64,000 nucleotides of DNA from Candidatus Saccharimonadales bacterium (GTDB taxonomy: Bacteria > Patescibacteriota > Saccharimonadia > Saccharimonadales > DASZAF01), in assembly GCA_035945435.1 (NCBI GenBank), contig DASZAF010000024.1, positions 3,578-67,577 on the forward strand. Direction: 5' to 3'. Below are positions 18,369-28,300 of this stretch, piece after piece. The notes beneath the pieces are model-generated. The model saw only the letters and a list, made by a program, of their open reading frames with translations, did not search any database and was not told the DNA's origin. Every line of letters begins with the position of its first letter. Positions within the stretch are counted from its first letter, which is position 1. The position numbers and the translations under genes were made by a program.

Positions 18369-19145
18369 TCAGAGAAGGCCCGCTATAAAGTCGAAGTCCT
18401 CGCCAAGGGTATTGTGTTCGGTGTCTCTGACAATGACCTGGAACTCGGCTGACCGAGCGAATCGACGGAGGTTTTTTAAATAGATCGGACGATCCCTCAG
18501 GCCAACAACAAGGGTGACCTGTGTCGTCAAGCTCTTGAGGTCTTCGATGCTTGACTGGGCTTCAATGACATTCCTCAGAGAGCGACTCCGGGACTCAGCA
18601 GAGGGCTGTAGGGCTGCTTTCTCTACTCCGTACCAATCAAGGGGTATCTTGCGCTTGAGAGCCTCTCTGGCAGGCTTGGTGCGCAAAACAGGCCAGATGA
18701 GTCTGTGAAGGCCCCAATAGAAACCTGCCCGATAGAGGAGGTTCGTGCCAGCCAGCTCCCGCCTCGCCTCCTTGGCGTCGCTGAAGACAGGCATGTTGAG
18801 TAGTAGCAGTCTATCCGTTGGCTGGTCTCGGACTGAGGCGTATCTGAGGGCTAACAAGGCGCCCATAGAGTGACCGATAAGTAGGATGGGGTCGTCCAGA
18901 TTGTGGTGGGCCAGCGTTCGCTTGATAGAGGCGATCTGGTCGTCGTAGTCGTAATCTGACTCCTTGGGCTTTGGAGAGTTACCAAAACCGAGCAGATCCA
19001 TGGCCACGACGGTGTAGTCTTTCTCGAGAAGACCCCGAAGGTCATCCCAGTAGTGAAGCGAGGACAGATAGCCATGGAGCAAGACCACCACTGGGCCATG
19101 CCCGGAGATCTTGGTGTTGAGTAGAGAACCGCTCGACCTACTCAT
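18369..19145 (-). CDS. Alpha/beta hydrolase
   Basis: LLHGY, DLLGFGNS, GHSMG nucleophile elbow. Confidence 0.9.
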   Translation of the reverse strand: MSRSSGSLLNTKISGHGPVVVLLHGYLSSLHYWDDLRGLLEKDYTVVAMDLLGFGNSPKPKESDYDYDDQIASIKRTLAHHNLDDPILLIGHSMGALLALRYASVRDQPTDRLLLLNMPVFSDAKEARRELAGTNLLYRAGFYWGLHRLIWPVLRTKPAREALKRKIPLDWYGVEKAALQPSAESRSRSLRNVIEAQSSIEDLKSLTTQVTLVVGLRDRPIYLKNLRRFARSAEFQVIVRDTEHNTLGEDFDFIAGLL

Positions 19146-19326
19146 CCACCTCTGTCTTAAACCGAGCTTTCAGTTTGGCTCTGGTGTATTCCGAGAGAGA
19201 CCCGAGGAAGAGCAGTACGGCTATGAGGAAGATGAGGAGACTCATCTGTCCAAAGATATTGACCACCAACAGATAGATGATAAAGGTTGCGGAGCCACCA
19301 ATAAGCAGTCTTTTCGAGGTGCTCAT
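19138..19326 (-). CDS. Small two-TM membrane protein (62 aa)
   Basis: Start MSTSKR 6 nt after TATAAT; hydrophobic; overlaps the hydrolase start. Confidence 0.6.
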   Translation of the reverse strand: MSTSKRLLIGGSATFIIYLLVVNIFGQMSLLIFLIAVLLFLGSLSEYTRAKLKARFKTEVDE

Positions 19327-19437
19327 GCCACTATTATACGTCAGATTATCTGGGTTCATAAGATAGCACCCCATATCCTTGCCATTGGATCGATTTAGTG
19401 TAACAATCGCTATACGCAAAGTAACTCGGAGGTAGAC

Positions 19438-19806
19438 ATGGCAAGCAGCACAGGGCATCTCGAACAGGGCTCAGGCCCAGATGGAGTAGCAGAGCGACCG
19501 ACAAACCCTGATAGGCAGAGACTCTTCCGGCGCCTCGGTTGGATGGCTACATCTGCGTTCATGTTGGCCTCTCTCTATACAGGGGCAATGATCGAAAAGT
19601 TCCGGTTCGCCAATCAGGTACTCGGCAGTGACCAAGTGAGCGGACAAGAGGTATCGTATCTTAAGCACGCCCAAGAGACAGCCTTCATCGGCGGTCTGGT
19701 AGGTGTAGCCATCGCCGGCCTCGCACTGACAGGCGCAGCTGTCGCATTCGTAAAATCCCGTCAACAACCCAGCCCATCACCTGAAGTGCCTGCAGCAACT
19801 TCCTAA
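19438..19806 (+). CDS. Hypothetical two-TM membrane protein
   Basis: GGAGG Shine-Dalgarno; two hydrophobic segments. Confidence 0.6.
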   Translation: MASSTGHLEQGSGPDGVAERPTNPDRQRLFRRLGWMATSAFMLASLYTGAMIEKFRFANQVLGSDQVSGQEVSYLKHAQETAFIGGLVGVAIAGLALTGAAVAFVKSRQQPSPSPEVPAATS

Positions 19807-19812
19807 ACCTGT

Positions 19813-21981
19813 CTAGAGTCTCTCGAGAGGAGCAAAATGGACGTTCAGCTTCTTGACTCCCCTACCCCTGAAATCAATACTGATTGTCTCCCCATCGACG
19901 GCCACTATCTTGCCCGGGCCAAATAGCTGGTGGCTGACGGAATCGCCAATCTTGAGATCTATCTGTTCCTCAGGTTCTACTCTGGGTTCTTGAGATCCAA
20001 AGAGGAACGGCTCGGACGAGGCACCTGTAAAAGCCGAGCTGGTGAAGATCTCGCTGGGCACCACCGTTGCATCTGGACCGACGTCGGCCAGAAAACGAGA
20101 AGGGGGATTATGCTGGGTGGTGCCGTAGAGCATCCTCGAGGCGGCACTGATCAGATGGAGTTCTTCTCGCGCTCGTGTCATACCGACGTAACAGAGGCGC
20201 CGCTCTTCTTCCATCTCTTGGGCATCGAAGAGGGCTCGAGTATGAGGGAAGACACCCTCCTCCATACCAATCATGAAGACGACCGGGAACTCCAGCCCTT
20301 TGGCACTGTGAAGCGTCATGAGCATGACCGCGTCGGCGTTGTCCTCCACCCTATCCAGCTCTGAAATAAGGGCTACCTCCTCAAGAAAACCGGCCAGACC
20401 GACATCTTCGTACTCTTTTGCTACAGAGAGAAGCTCTTTGACGTTCTCAAGGCGCGTCTCTCCCTGAATCAACCCGTCGTTAAGATAGTCCTCGTAGCTG
20501 GTTCGTTTGATAACCGCCTCGATTAACGCTCCCAGCTTGGCCTCTTCGGCATACTCGTGGAGACGTTCAAGGAGTTCACCGAATTCTGCAAAGGCTTTCT
20601 TTGACCTTGCCTGCAGCGTCGGGCAGTCATCAACCTCTGTAAGGGCGGTAATGACAGTCATATCTGTCTGGGCCTGCCAGGCCAGGAACTTATCTACTGA
20701 AGTGGGTCCGAGGCCCCGTGAGGGTACGTTGACGATTCTCTGAAAGCTGGCCCTATCTGAGGGCTGGTAGATCAGCCTCAGATAAGCGACCAGGTCGCGT
20801 ATCTCCTTACGGTCGTAAAAGCGCAAACCCCCGACCATCCGATAGGGGACACCGGCCCGAATGAAGACCTCCTCAACTGCTCGGGACTGGGCATTGGTCC
20901 GGTAGAGGACGGCGAAGTCACCGTATCTGGAGATACGGGTCTCAACGGCCACTTTTACCCTGTTAGCGATTAACTCACCCTCGTGGCGCTCGTTAATGGC
21001 ATAGTCGATGTGGACCGGCTGGCCAGCACCTGCCTTGGTCCAGAGCTTCTTATCTGAGCGTTGTTCGTTCTTGGTAATGACCCTATGGGCTGCATCGAGA
21101 ATATGCTTGGTTGAGCGGTAGTTCTGCTCCAGCTTGATCACCGTCGTATTGGGGTAGTCACGCTCGAATTTTAGGATATTGCGAAAGTCGGCCCCACGCC
21201 AGGAGTAGATTGACTGCCAGTCATCCCCGACGACACAGAGGTTGTGGCTGTCGTTAACGAGTAGCCTGATCAGGTTGTACTGGGCACTGTTCGTATCCTG
21301 ATACTCGTCGATCATGATATAGCGGAAACGTTCCTGCCATCTGGTGCGTATCTCTTTAACCTCCTTAAAGAGTCGGACCGTTTCAAGCAAAAGATCGTCA
21401 AAATCAAGGGCTGAAGCGGTCTTGCGAATACGCTCATACACTGGGTAAACCTTGGCAGCCGACCTCTGTAGTGGCAGACTGGCAGTCTCTGCGTACTCAT
21501 CAGGACTGATCAGTTCGTTCTTAGCCGAGCTGATTAAAGAGGCGAGTGACCTGGGAGTGGTCGCCTTATCTGTAATCCCCACCTCTTTCATGGCCTGTTT
21601 GACAGCCGTCAGCCTGTCATCCTCATCGAATATGACGTAGTTTCGTGGGATATTGATCTGTTCCCCGTCCATCCGCAGAATTCTGACACAGATCGAGTGG
21701 AAGGTCCCCATATAAGACATAAAGGAACGCTCGGAGGCCAACCGTTCATTACCGATAAGGATAGCCAAGCGAGTCCGCATCTCTTTGGCCGCCTTATTGG
21801 TGAAGGTAACGGCCAGGATAGACTGGGGCGCTGTCTGTTTCTGAGCTATCAGATAGGCAATCCGATGAGTCAGGGTCTTGGTCTTACCTGAGCCCGCTCC
21901 GGCCAGGATAAGGACCGGCCCCTCGGTCTGAAGAACCGCTTTGGCCTGTTCTTCATTCAGCTGGTCTAGCAGTTGTTGCAC
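19813..21981 (-). CDS. pcrA: ATP-dependent DNA helicase PcrA/UvrD
   Basis: AGAGSGKT, TFTNKAA, DEYQD, GDDWQSIY.WRGA, QNYRS, HSAKGLEF, EERRLCYVGMTRA, C-terminal Tudor-like domain. Confidence 0.97.
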   Translation of the reverse strand: MQQLLDQLNEEQAKAVLQTEGPVLILAGAGSGKTKTLTHRIAYLIAQKQTAPQSILAVTFTNKAAKEMRTRLAILIGNERLASERSFMSYMGTFHSICVRILRMDGEQINIPRNYVIFDEDDRLTAVKQAMKEVGITDKATTPRSLASLISSAKNELISPDEYAETASLPLQRSAAKVYPVYERIRKTASALDFDDLLLETVRLFKEVKEIRTRWQERFRYIMIDEYQDTNSAQYNLIRLLVNDSHNLCVVGDDWQSIYSWRGADFRNILKFERDYPNTTVIKLEQNYRSTKHILDAAHRVITKNEQRSDKKLWTKAGAGQPVHIDYAINERHEGELIANRVKVAVETRISRYGDFAVLYRTNAQSRAVEEVFIRAGVPYRMVGGLRFYDRKEIRDLVAYLRLIYQPSDRASFQRIVNVPSRGLGPTSVDKFLAWQAQTDMTVITALTEVDDCPTLQARSKKAFAEFGELLERLHEYAEEAKLGALIEAVIKRTSYEDYLNDGLIQGETRLENVKELLSVAKEYEDVGLAGFLEEVALISELDRVEDNADAVMLMTLHSAKGLEFPVVFMIGMEEGVFPHTRALFDAQEMEEERRLCYVGMTRAREELHLISAASRMLYGTTQHNPPSRFLADVGPDATVVPSEIFTSSAFTGASSEPFLFGSQEPRVEPEEQIDLKIGDSVSHQLFGPGKIVAVDGETISIDFRGRGVKKLNVHFAPLERL

Positions 21982-22022
21982 GAGAAGATTGTATCAGACT
22001 CCAACCAATCAGGTGGTCAGTC

Positions 22023-23033
22023 TTACTTCTTTACGTAGGCTAGATAGTAGTAGACACCGAGAGCAATGACCGCCAGACAGATAATAATGATCAGAACCCA
22101 TTTGAGCGGAGATGACTGCTGCTTCGGTTTGCCGCTTGGAGCAGTACTGAGCGGTGTGTGATACTGCTTGGTGTCAAAGAGGTCAACAGAGTGATCGGCC
22201 TCTTCTCGGGGAACCTGCGGTGTACTTGGGCTAGCCATCGAATGGGGGCCCTCTGGGAGCAACCTGTCGGGTTCGTCGAGAGGTTCAGAGCCAGTCTCGT
22301 TCTTGGATGGTTCGTGCAACGGCTTGGCTTCGGCTTTAACCTCTTCTTCTCTCTCTTCAATCTCGGTAGCAGTTGGTAGGTCTACCTCTGGGGCGGGTGC
22401 AGTTGACAACTTGTCAGCGGCCTCTGTCTCATCGGTTTCAAAAGCCTTCTTCTCTTTACCAAGATCCTCAGCAAGTGCATCAGAGATAGCTCCTTCACGC
22501 ATTGCATCGGTAGGTGGTTTGGCGGGTTCACTAACAGGTTTGTCTTCTTCCTCGGGCGGCTCTATGCGGGCCAGTACTTTATGCCCTTCGTCGTGGTCAC
22601 CGTGCCCAAACAGGGAAGACAGGTGAGGGCGCTGGTCGTGGTGAGCAACTTCTACCTTTTCAGATCTGCTAGCCGGACGCTCATCCTCACTGACTCGGCT
22701 GGATAACGAAGATGGCTTGAGAGTCCTGCCAGTCCGAGGTGGTAGCGGTCGAGGAGGTGCGATATCGTGGATGATATCATCTCGGTAGTTAAGCGAGCGC
22801 CGAGGTTCCAGATGGATAGGGGGTGCTGAATGGTGCCCTTGAGGTTTCGGGAGAACAGACACGGCTGGTCTGTTAGGTGCATCAGCTACCACCTCTTTCT
22901 CAGGTACGGGGGTCTGCTCAAGTTGAGAACTACCATCTGTTAGAGCGGGTACCTGAGAAGGACCACGCTTGCGTTTCTGCATATAGCCACTCACCGCTTT
23001 ATCTAATTCGTCAAAGTCTAAATCGCTGGCCAC
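22023..23033 (-). CDS. Disordered acidic/Pro-rich protein with C-terminal TM anchor
   Basis: N-terminal DLDFDELDKAV, low-complexity middle, FDTKQYHTPL, tail TM; GTG start after AGGAG. Confidence 0.7.
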   Translation of the reverse strand: MASDLDFDELDKAVSGYMQKRKRGPSQVPALTDGSSQLEQTPVPEKEVVADAPNRPAVSVLPKPQGHHSAPPIHLEPRRSLNYRDDIIHDIAPPRPLPPRTGRTLKPSSLSSRVSEDERPASRSEKVEVAHHDQRPHLSSLFGHGDHDEGHKVLARIEPPEEEDKPVSEPAKPPTDAMREGAISDALAEDLGKEKKAFETDETEAADKLSTAPAPEVDLPTATEIEEREEEVKAEAKPLHEPSKNETGSEPLDEPDRLLPEGPHSMASPSTPQVPREEADHSVDLFDTKQYHTPLSTAPSGKPKQQSSPLKWVLIIIICLAVIALGVYYYLAYVKK

Positions 23034-23049
23034 GTCTTTACCCTTTCTC

Positions 23050-23820
23050 CTATGATTCACCGACCGCAAGGTGGGTCTTCTCTACTATCTGTGCGAAACT
23101 GTTGTAGTTGAGGCTAGCTCCTCCGACGAGGGCCCCATCTATACTCTCTCTGGCCACATAGGCTACGATATCATCTGGTGTCACGCTGCCCCCATAGAGA
23201 ATTCTGACCATCAGTGAGGCAGGGGCACCGTAAAGTGACTTGATCTGAGATCGTATCACATCGATTGCCTCAACAGCATCATCCGGGCTGTCTTCTTTAC
23301 CGGTACCGATCGCCCAGACTGGTTCGTAGGCGATGACGATCTCTTTAATCTCATTACGGGTCAGGTGCATCACCCCTGTCGTTATCTGATCGTGCAGAAC
23401 CGCCTTCATCTCGCCGTCCCTGCGTTCTTCGCCCGTCTCACCGACACAGAGAATCGGCGTCAGACCGTTTCTAACAGCGGCAGCTACCTTCAAAGCGATC
23501 TCTTTATCCGTCTCGCCAAATACATGACGGCGCTCAGAGTGGCCGACGATCACATACTTGACCAGGCCGCGAAGCATGGTGGCCGAGGTGGCCCCCGTAT
23601 AAGCGCCCTCGTCTCGATGATAGCAGTCCTGGGCCCCCAATTTAAACTTATGGTTGTCTATCTGCAAGGAGAGCGATTGGAGGGCGATGAAATTGGGACA
23701 GAGAACGACTTCGACATTCGTGAAGGTCGGGACCCGCTCCTGAAGACGGTGCAGAAAAATGCTGGCCTTGCCAACATCAAAGTGCATCTTCCAGTTCGCG
23801 ACAATCAGTTTCTTGGACAT
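23050..23820 (-). CDS. tpiA: Triosephosphate isomerase
   Basis: ANWKM, VGHSERR, AYEPVWAIGTG, YGGSV, LVGGASL. Confidence 0.97.
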   Translation of the reverse strand: MSKKLIVANWKMHFDVGKASIFLHRLQERVPTFTNVEVVLCPNFIALQSLSLQIDNHKFKLGAQDCYHRDEGAYTGATSATMLRGLVKYVIVGHSERRHVFGETDKEIALKVAAAVRNGLTPILCVGETGEERRDGEMKAVLHDQITTGVMHLTRNEIKEIVIAYEPVWAIGTGKEDSPDDAVEAIDVIRSQIKSLYGAPASLMVRILYGGSVTPDDIVAYVARESIDGALVGGASLNYNSFAQIVEKTHLAVGES

Positions 23821-23901
23821 ACCCACCAATGAACTTACGCTTCTTTGTCTTAATCCTACTATGTTTTAACGGGCTTGACCAGACGCTTCAGCCGATGAGA
23901 G

Positions 23902-25176
23902 CTAGCGGTCCATCAATGCCTCTACCCCTGGGAGCTTCTTCCCTTCCATCAGCTCCAGGCTGGCTCCACCTCCGGTCGATATATGATAGAAAAAGGCGGC
24001 CGGATCGTGATGATGAGCGGTTGCCCAGCCAAGAACAAAGTCAGCCGTATCACCTCCGCAGATCAAGGTGTCAACTTGCTGGCGTCGAGAAGCCAACGTC
24101 GCAGCGACCGCGTTAGAGCTGTCAGCAAACTGAGGCAGTTCGGCGTAACCGAGCGTGCCGTTCCAGATGACAGCCCTCGAGGACTCTATGGCGGCCACGA
24201 TCTGCCGGGCAGTATGCTCGCCGACGTCAAGGATCTTATCGTTGGGCGTAACGTTATCGAGACTGACCTCTTTTCTGACTGCATGCGGCTCAATCTCTGG
24301 AGCTACGGCGACATCACGGGGGAGGATGAGATGGGTTGAGCAATCAGGACACGACTCGCACTGACAGGCGTTATTCTGACGGCACCACTTCTTACAGAGT
24401 TTGTGCATCAGGGTTGCCACCGCATCCCCGCCATCCTCATCATAGAAACTCGTACCTATCTCGTTGCCGTTATAGAACTTGAGGAAGGTGTTAGCGATCG
24501 CCCCACCGATGACCATGATGTCGGCAACATCGATCATATTACCGATCAGATCTATCTTATCAGCCACCTTAGCGCCACCCATAATGACCGTCAGCGGGCG
24601 CTTCGGCTGATCGAGGGCTGAGCGGATGGAGACATATTCCTTCTCAACAAGCGGTCCGGCGACACTCGGCAGGCGGTGGGTAATGGCAACGGTCGAAGCA
24701 TTGGTCCGGTGGACAACCCCGAAGCCGTCCTGGACGAAATATCTGGCCCCGCTATCGTGAGCCAGCCTTGTTGCGAAAGCGAGATCGTTCTTCTCTTCGC
24801 CCTCGTGGAATCGCAGGTTCTCGAGTAGAATGACATCACCTGGGTTCATCTTAGCGACAGCCGAGACGACCTGGTCCCCTACACATTCGGGTACGAACTT
24901 AACTTCCTGGCCAAGTAGCTTGGTCAGCTCAACGGCAACCGGCGCGAGGCTCATCGAGGGAACGGTCTTGCCCTCAGGTCTTCCAAGATGTGAACAGATA
25001 ACGATCTTTGTTTTCAGGGCAAGGAGCGCCTTGATGGTTGGGATTGACTGGGTAATGCGATAGCTGTCATGGACCTGGCCGTTTGCGGCGACAGGTACGT
25101 TATAGTCGGCTCGAAGAAGAATCGGCATGCCGGTCAAGGGGATATCTTTTATCGTACGCTTAGGAAAGTCTGTCAT
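23902..25176 (-). CDS. pgk: Phosphoglycerate kinase with a Cys-rich insertion
   Basis: RADYNVP, SHLGRP, LENLRF, GGAKVADK, WNG, GGDT, STGGGASLE. Confidence 0.96.
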   Translation of the reverse strand: MTDFPKRTIKDIPLTGMPILLRADYNVPVAANGQVHDSYRITQSIPTIKALLALKTKIVICSHLGRPEGKTVPSMSLAPVAVELTKLLGQEVKFVPECVGDQVVSAVAKMNPGDVILLENLRFHEGEEKNDLAFATRLAHDSGARYFVQDGFGVVHRTNASTVAITHRLPSVAGPLVEKEYVSIRSALDQPKRPLTVIMGGAKVADKIDLIGNMIDVADIMVIGGAIANTFLKFYNGNEIGTSFYDEDGGDAVATLMHKLCKKWCRQNNACQCESCPDCSTHLILPRDVAVAPEIEPHAVRKEVSLDNVTPNDKILDVGEHTARQIVAAIESSRAVIWNGTLGYAELPQFADSSNAVAATLASRRQQVDTLICGGDTADFVLGWATAHHHDPAAFFYHISTGGGASLELMEGKKLPGVEALMDR

Positions 25177-25335
25177 AGCGCACTTCCATTAAAGCATAAG
25201 CGTTCGTTAGCCAAAAGGATTTCCGACTCGAGTTGTGGGTCTTATCACACGAACAGAGGTGAGACAGGTGCGCTTTTCACAAGCTTCGTGTAGAATACAT
25301 AAGCAGTAAGAAGTAGGGAGTTAATCGTAGTCTAG

Positions 25336-28300
25336 ATGACGGCACGCTTACCCGTACCCGGAGGTGACAGCGGTAATTGGGGTGCTATCCTCAACGACTT
25401 TCTTGAGGTTTCCCTCAACTCTGACGGCACTCTTTTGCCGACCGCCCTACAGACAGCTGGAGTCGTTCTCTCTAGTGGTACGCCGAGTGGAGATCTCGCA
25501 GGCACTTACGCTGCCCCGTCGGTCGCCAAACTAAGTGGTGTCAGTATCAGTGGCACTCCTTCTGCCGGTCAAAGCCTCGTGGCCACCTCCAATAGCGCAG
25601 CGACATGGAGCAGTGTCTCGGCGGGATCGACCGACTGGATCAATGTCAAACTGTACGGCGCCAAAGGCGACGGCAGTACCGACGATACAACCTCGATCCA
25701 GAACGCCATCAATGCCGCGACTGCCGGTCAGGTTGTCTACTTTCCCCAGGGAATCTATGTGACTTCCAAGCCTCTCGTTCTTCAAAAAGCCGTTGTACTT
25801 ATGGGGACACGGGGCAGCACCGCCTCCGGTTATGATGCCAGCATCGATGCGGGCAGTATCATCAAGCCTTCTGCCGGTTGGACCAACCCGACCTATTCAG
25901 CCTACGCCTCAGCCGCTATCCTGATGCTCGATCAGACACCTGGCACAGGTGGGGCAACTCCTGGCATTGCCCTCCGAGATATCTGGGTTGACGGTACCAA
26001 CTCCCCCGCTAGCGTCGACGGTATTGCCTCGTTTGGCCAGCTCCAATCGGTCAGACTCGACGCAGTCGGCGTCTACAAAGCGACCGGTAGAGGTATCGCT
26101 CTCTACCAAGACAACGGTATTTCGCCCGACGGCTGGCATATGAATAACTGCCTGGCCCAAAACTGTGGCAGTGATGGTTTCTACGGCTACTTTATCGACA
26201 CGGTCGCTGTCGACTGCCACGCCCAGTCGTGCGGTGGAGACGGCATAGTTTCGAAGGGCAGCAATAACAGATGGATCAGCTGCAGGGCCGACCTCAATAC
26301 AAACGGCTACACCGTCGATAACCCCGGTGGAGGTGGTTATGAAGATTCTAATATATTCGTCGGCTGTGGTACCCAGAGGAACCAACACAATGGTATGAAT
26401 ATCACCAACTCATCCGTCGGTGGCAACGCCAAGCGTTCACCAGTTATAGTGAGCGGCTGCATATTCAGCGAAGATGGTGTTAACGGCGGATCCGGCGGAG
26501 GTGGTTACGCGGGCATATCCGTAACGGGCAATAACATCGTCGTTATCGATGGCTCCAGCGTTACCGTGGGTACTGTTGACGTAGTTGGTGGTTGTCCACA
26601 GTACGGTCTGGCAACCGCAGCTGGTGGGGGTGTGGGCGGTACGCCAAGTATCACTATGAACACCGGCATGCTCAACTACGCCTCAGGTGGTTCGGCTATC
26701 AATGACGCTGCGCCCTCGAACTATCTGGGGATTGGTCCGAGCGTCATAACGGTCAGCGGCTACCAGCCGAGCGCCTCTGCGATCTCAGCTCCCTATCTCG
26801 CCAATATCTCGGGCCAGAGTCTGACGATTCAAGGTACTACGAGCAGCGTTCGAGGCGGGCTCATGCAGATAACGCAGCTGCAGTCCGGCCCAACACAACC
26901 TGGCATCAACTTGACTGGTCAGGCTGTCAATGATGGCCTCCTAGCCACTATTGTTAGCGGTGATACCAACTCACGTGTCCGCTTTAACGCTGACGGCAGT
27001 CTGACGTGGGGTAGTGGTTCGGCCAATGGAGACACGAAGATCCAGCGTATCGGTAACGGCCAACTCCAGATGACTGATGGAGGAGCCGGTTACTCACCTC
27101 AACTTAAGATAGCGGCGTCGACTTCCAACGCCACTTCGCCTCTCTTGCAGATACAGAATAACACCGCTGGCGATCTCGCCTACAACGTCCAGGTTTCAGG
27201 TGACTCAAGCAGTCGATATAGGGTTGACTCCAACGGTGAGATGAAATGGGGACCGGGTAACGCCACTCAGGATACGGACTTGTACAGGTCGGCTTTAGGC
27301 ACCTTGAAAACCGATACAGCTTTTGTTGTCGGGACTTCGCTGACAGCTGGCTCCGTAGCAATCTCAGAGGGTGCCTCAGGCGGAGACGTTCTCAAGATCA
27401 CCAATACTACTTCGGGACCAACTGACTCCAACGTCAAGATCGTCAGCGCCGCTAGCGGTGACAATGCCTTCGGCGCCAACGTCAGCGGGGATACCAATAA
27501 CCGTTTCAAAATAGACTCGACTGGCAAGATGCAGTGGGGCACCGGCAGCGCTAATCAGGATACCGACTTGTATCGAAACGGCAGCGCATTACTCCAGACC
27601 GACGGCGCATTTACAGTCGGCACGTTACTAACAGCGGGCCAGGTAGCAATCTCGGAAGGAGCGGCGTCTAGCGCTGTTCTTAGGGTTACGAATACGACCT
27701 CCGGACCAACCATACCCGTTACTCAGATAGTCGCAGCCGCTTCGGGCGACAACTCCGTAGGCATCGAGGTAAGCGGCGATACGAATAATCGCTTTAAGAT
27801 CGACTCGACCGGCAAGATCCAGTGGGGTTCCGGTAGTGCTAATCAGGATACCGATCTGTATCGAGCCTCTGCAGGAGTACTGCAGACAGATAACAGCCTG
27901 ACAGTCAGTGGCACTACGACCTCTCAGGTGGTGACGTCCTCGGGCCTAACGGGTGCTGTCAGCCCGTCGAGATACGTCGGAGCGACGGCTTCAGGCCATC
28001 CAACCTCCGGGACATTTAATACCGGGGATTTTGTGGTTGACCAGACCGGCACCTTCTGGATATGTACAAACGGCGGCACTCCCGGCACATGGAGCTCATC
28101 GACAGCTGGGGGCACTATAGATACAACTGCTACGGATATACAGCCTGATGGGACACAGGCGGCAGGTTCAATCGGCAAGGCGGCCGACGCCGGCCATATT
28201 CATCCGACTCTTTACGGTGTTAAGCCGACAGTTGCATTGGCCCAAACCATCCCTAGATGGGCCGCCACTGGAACCGGTTCTGCAGGCACATCCGGCACGC

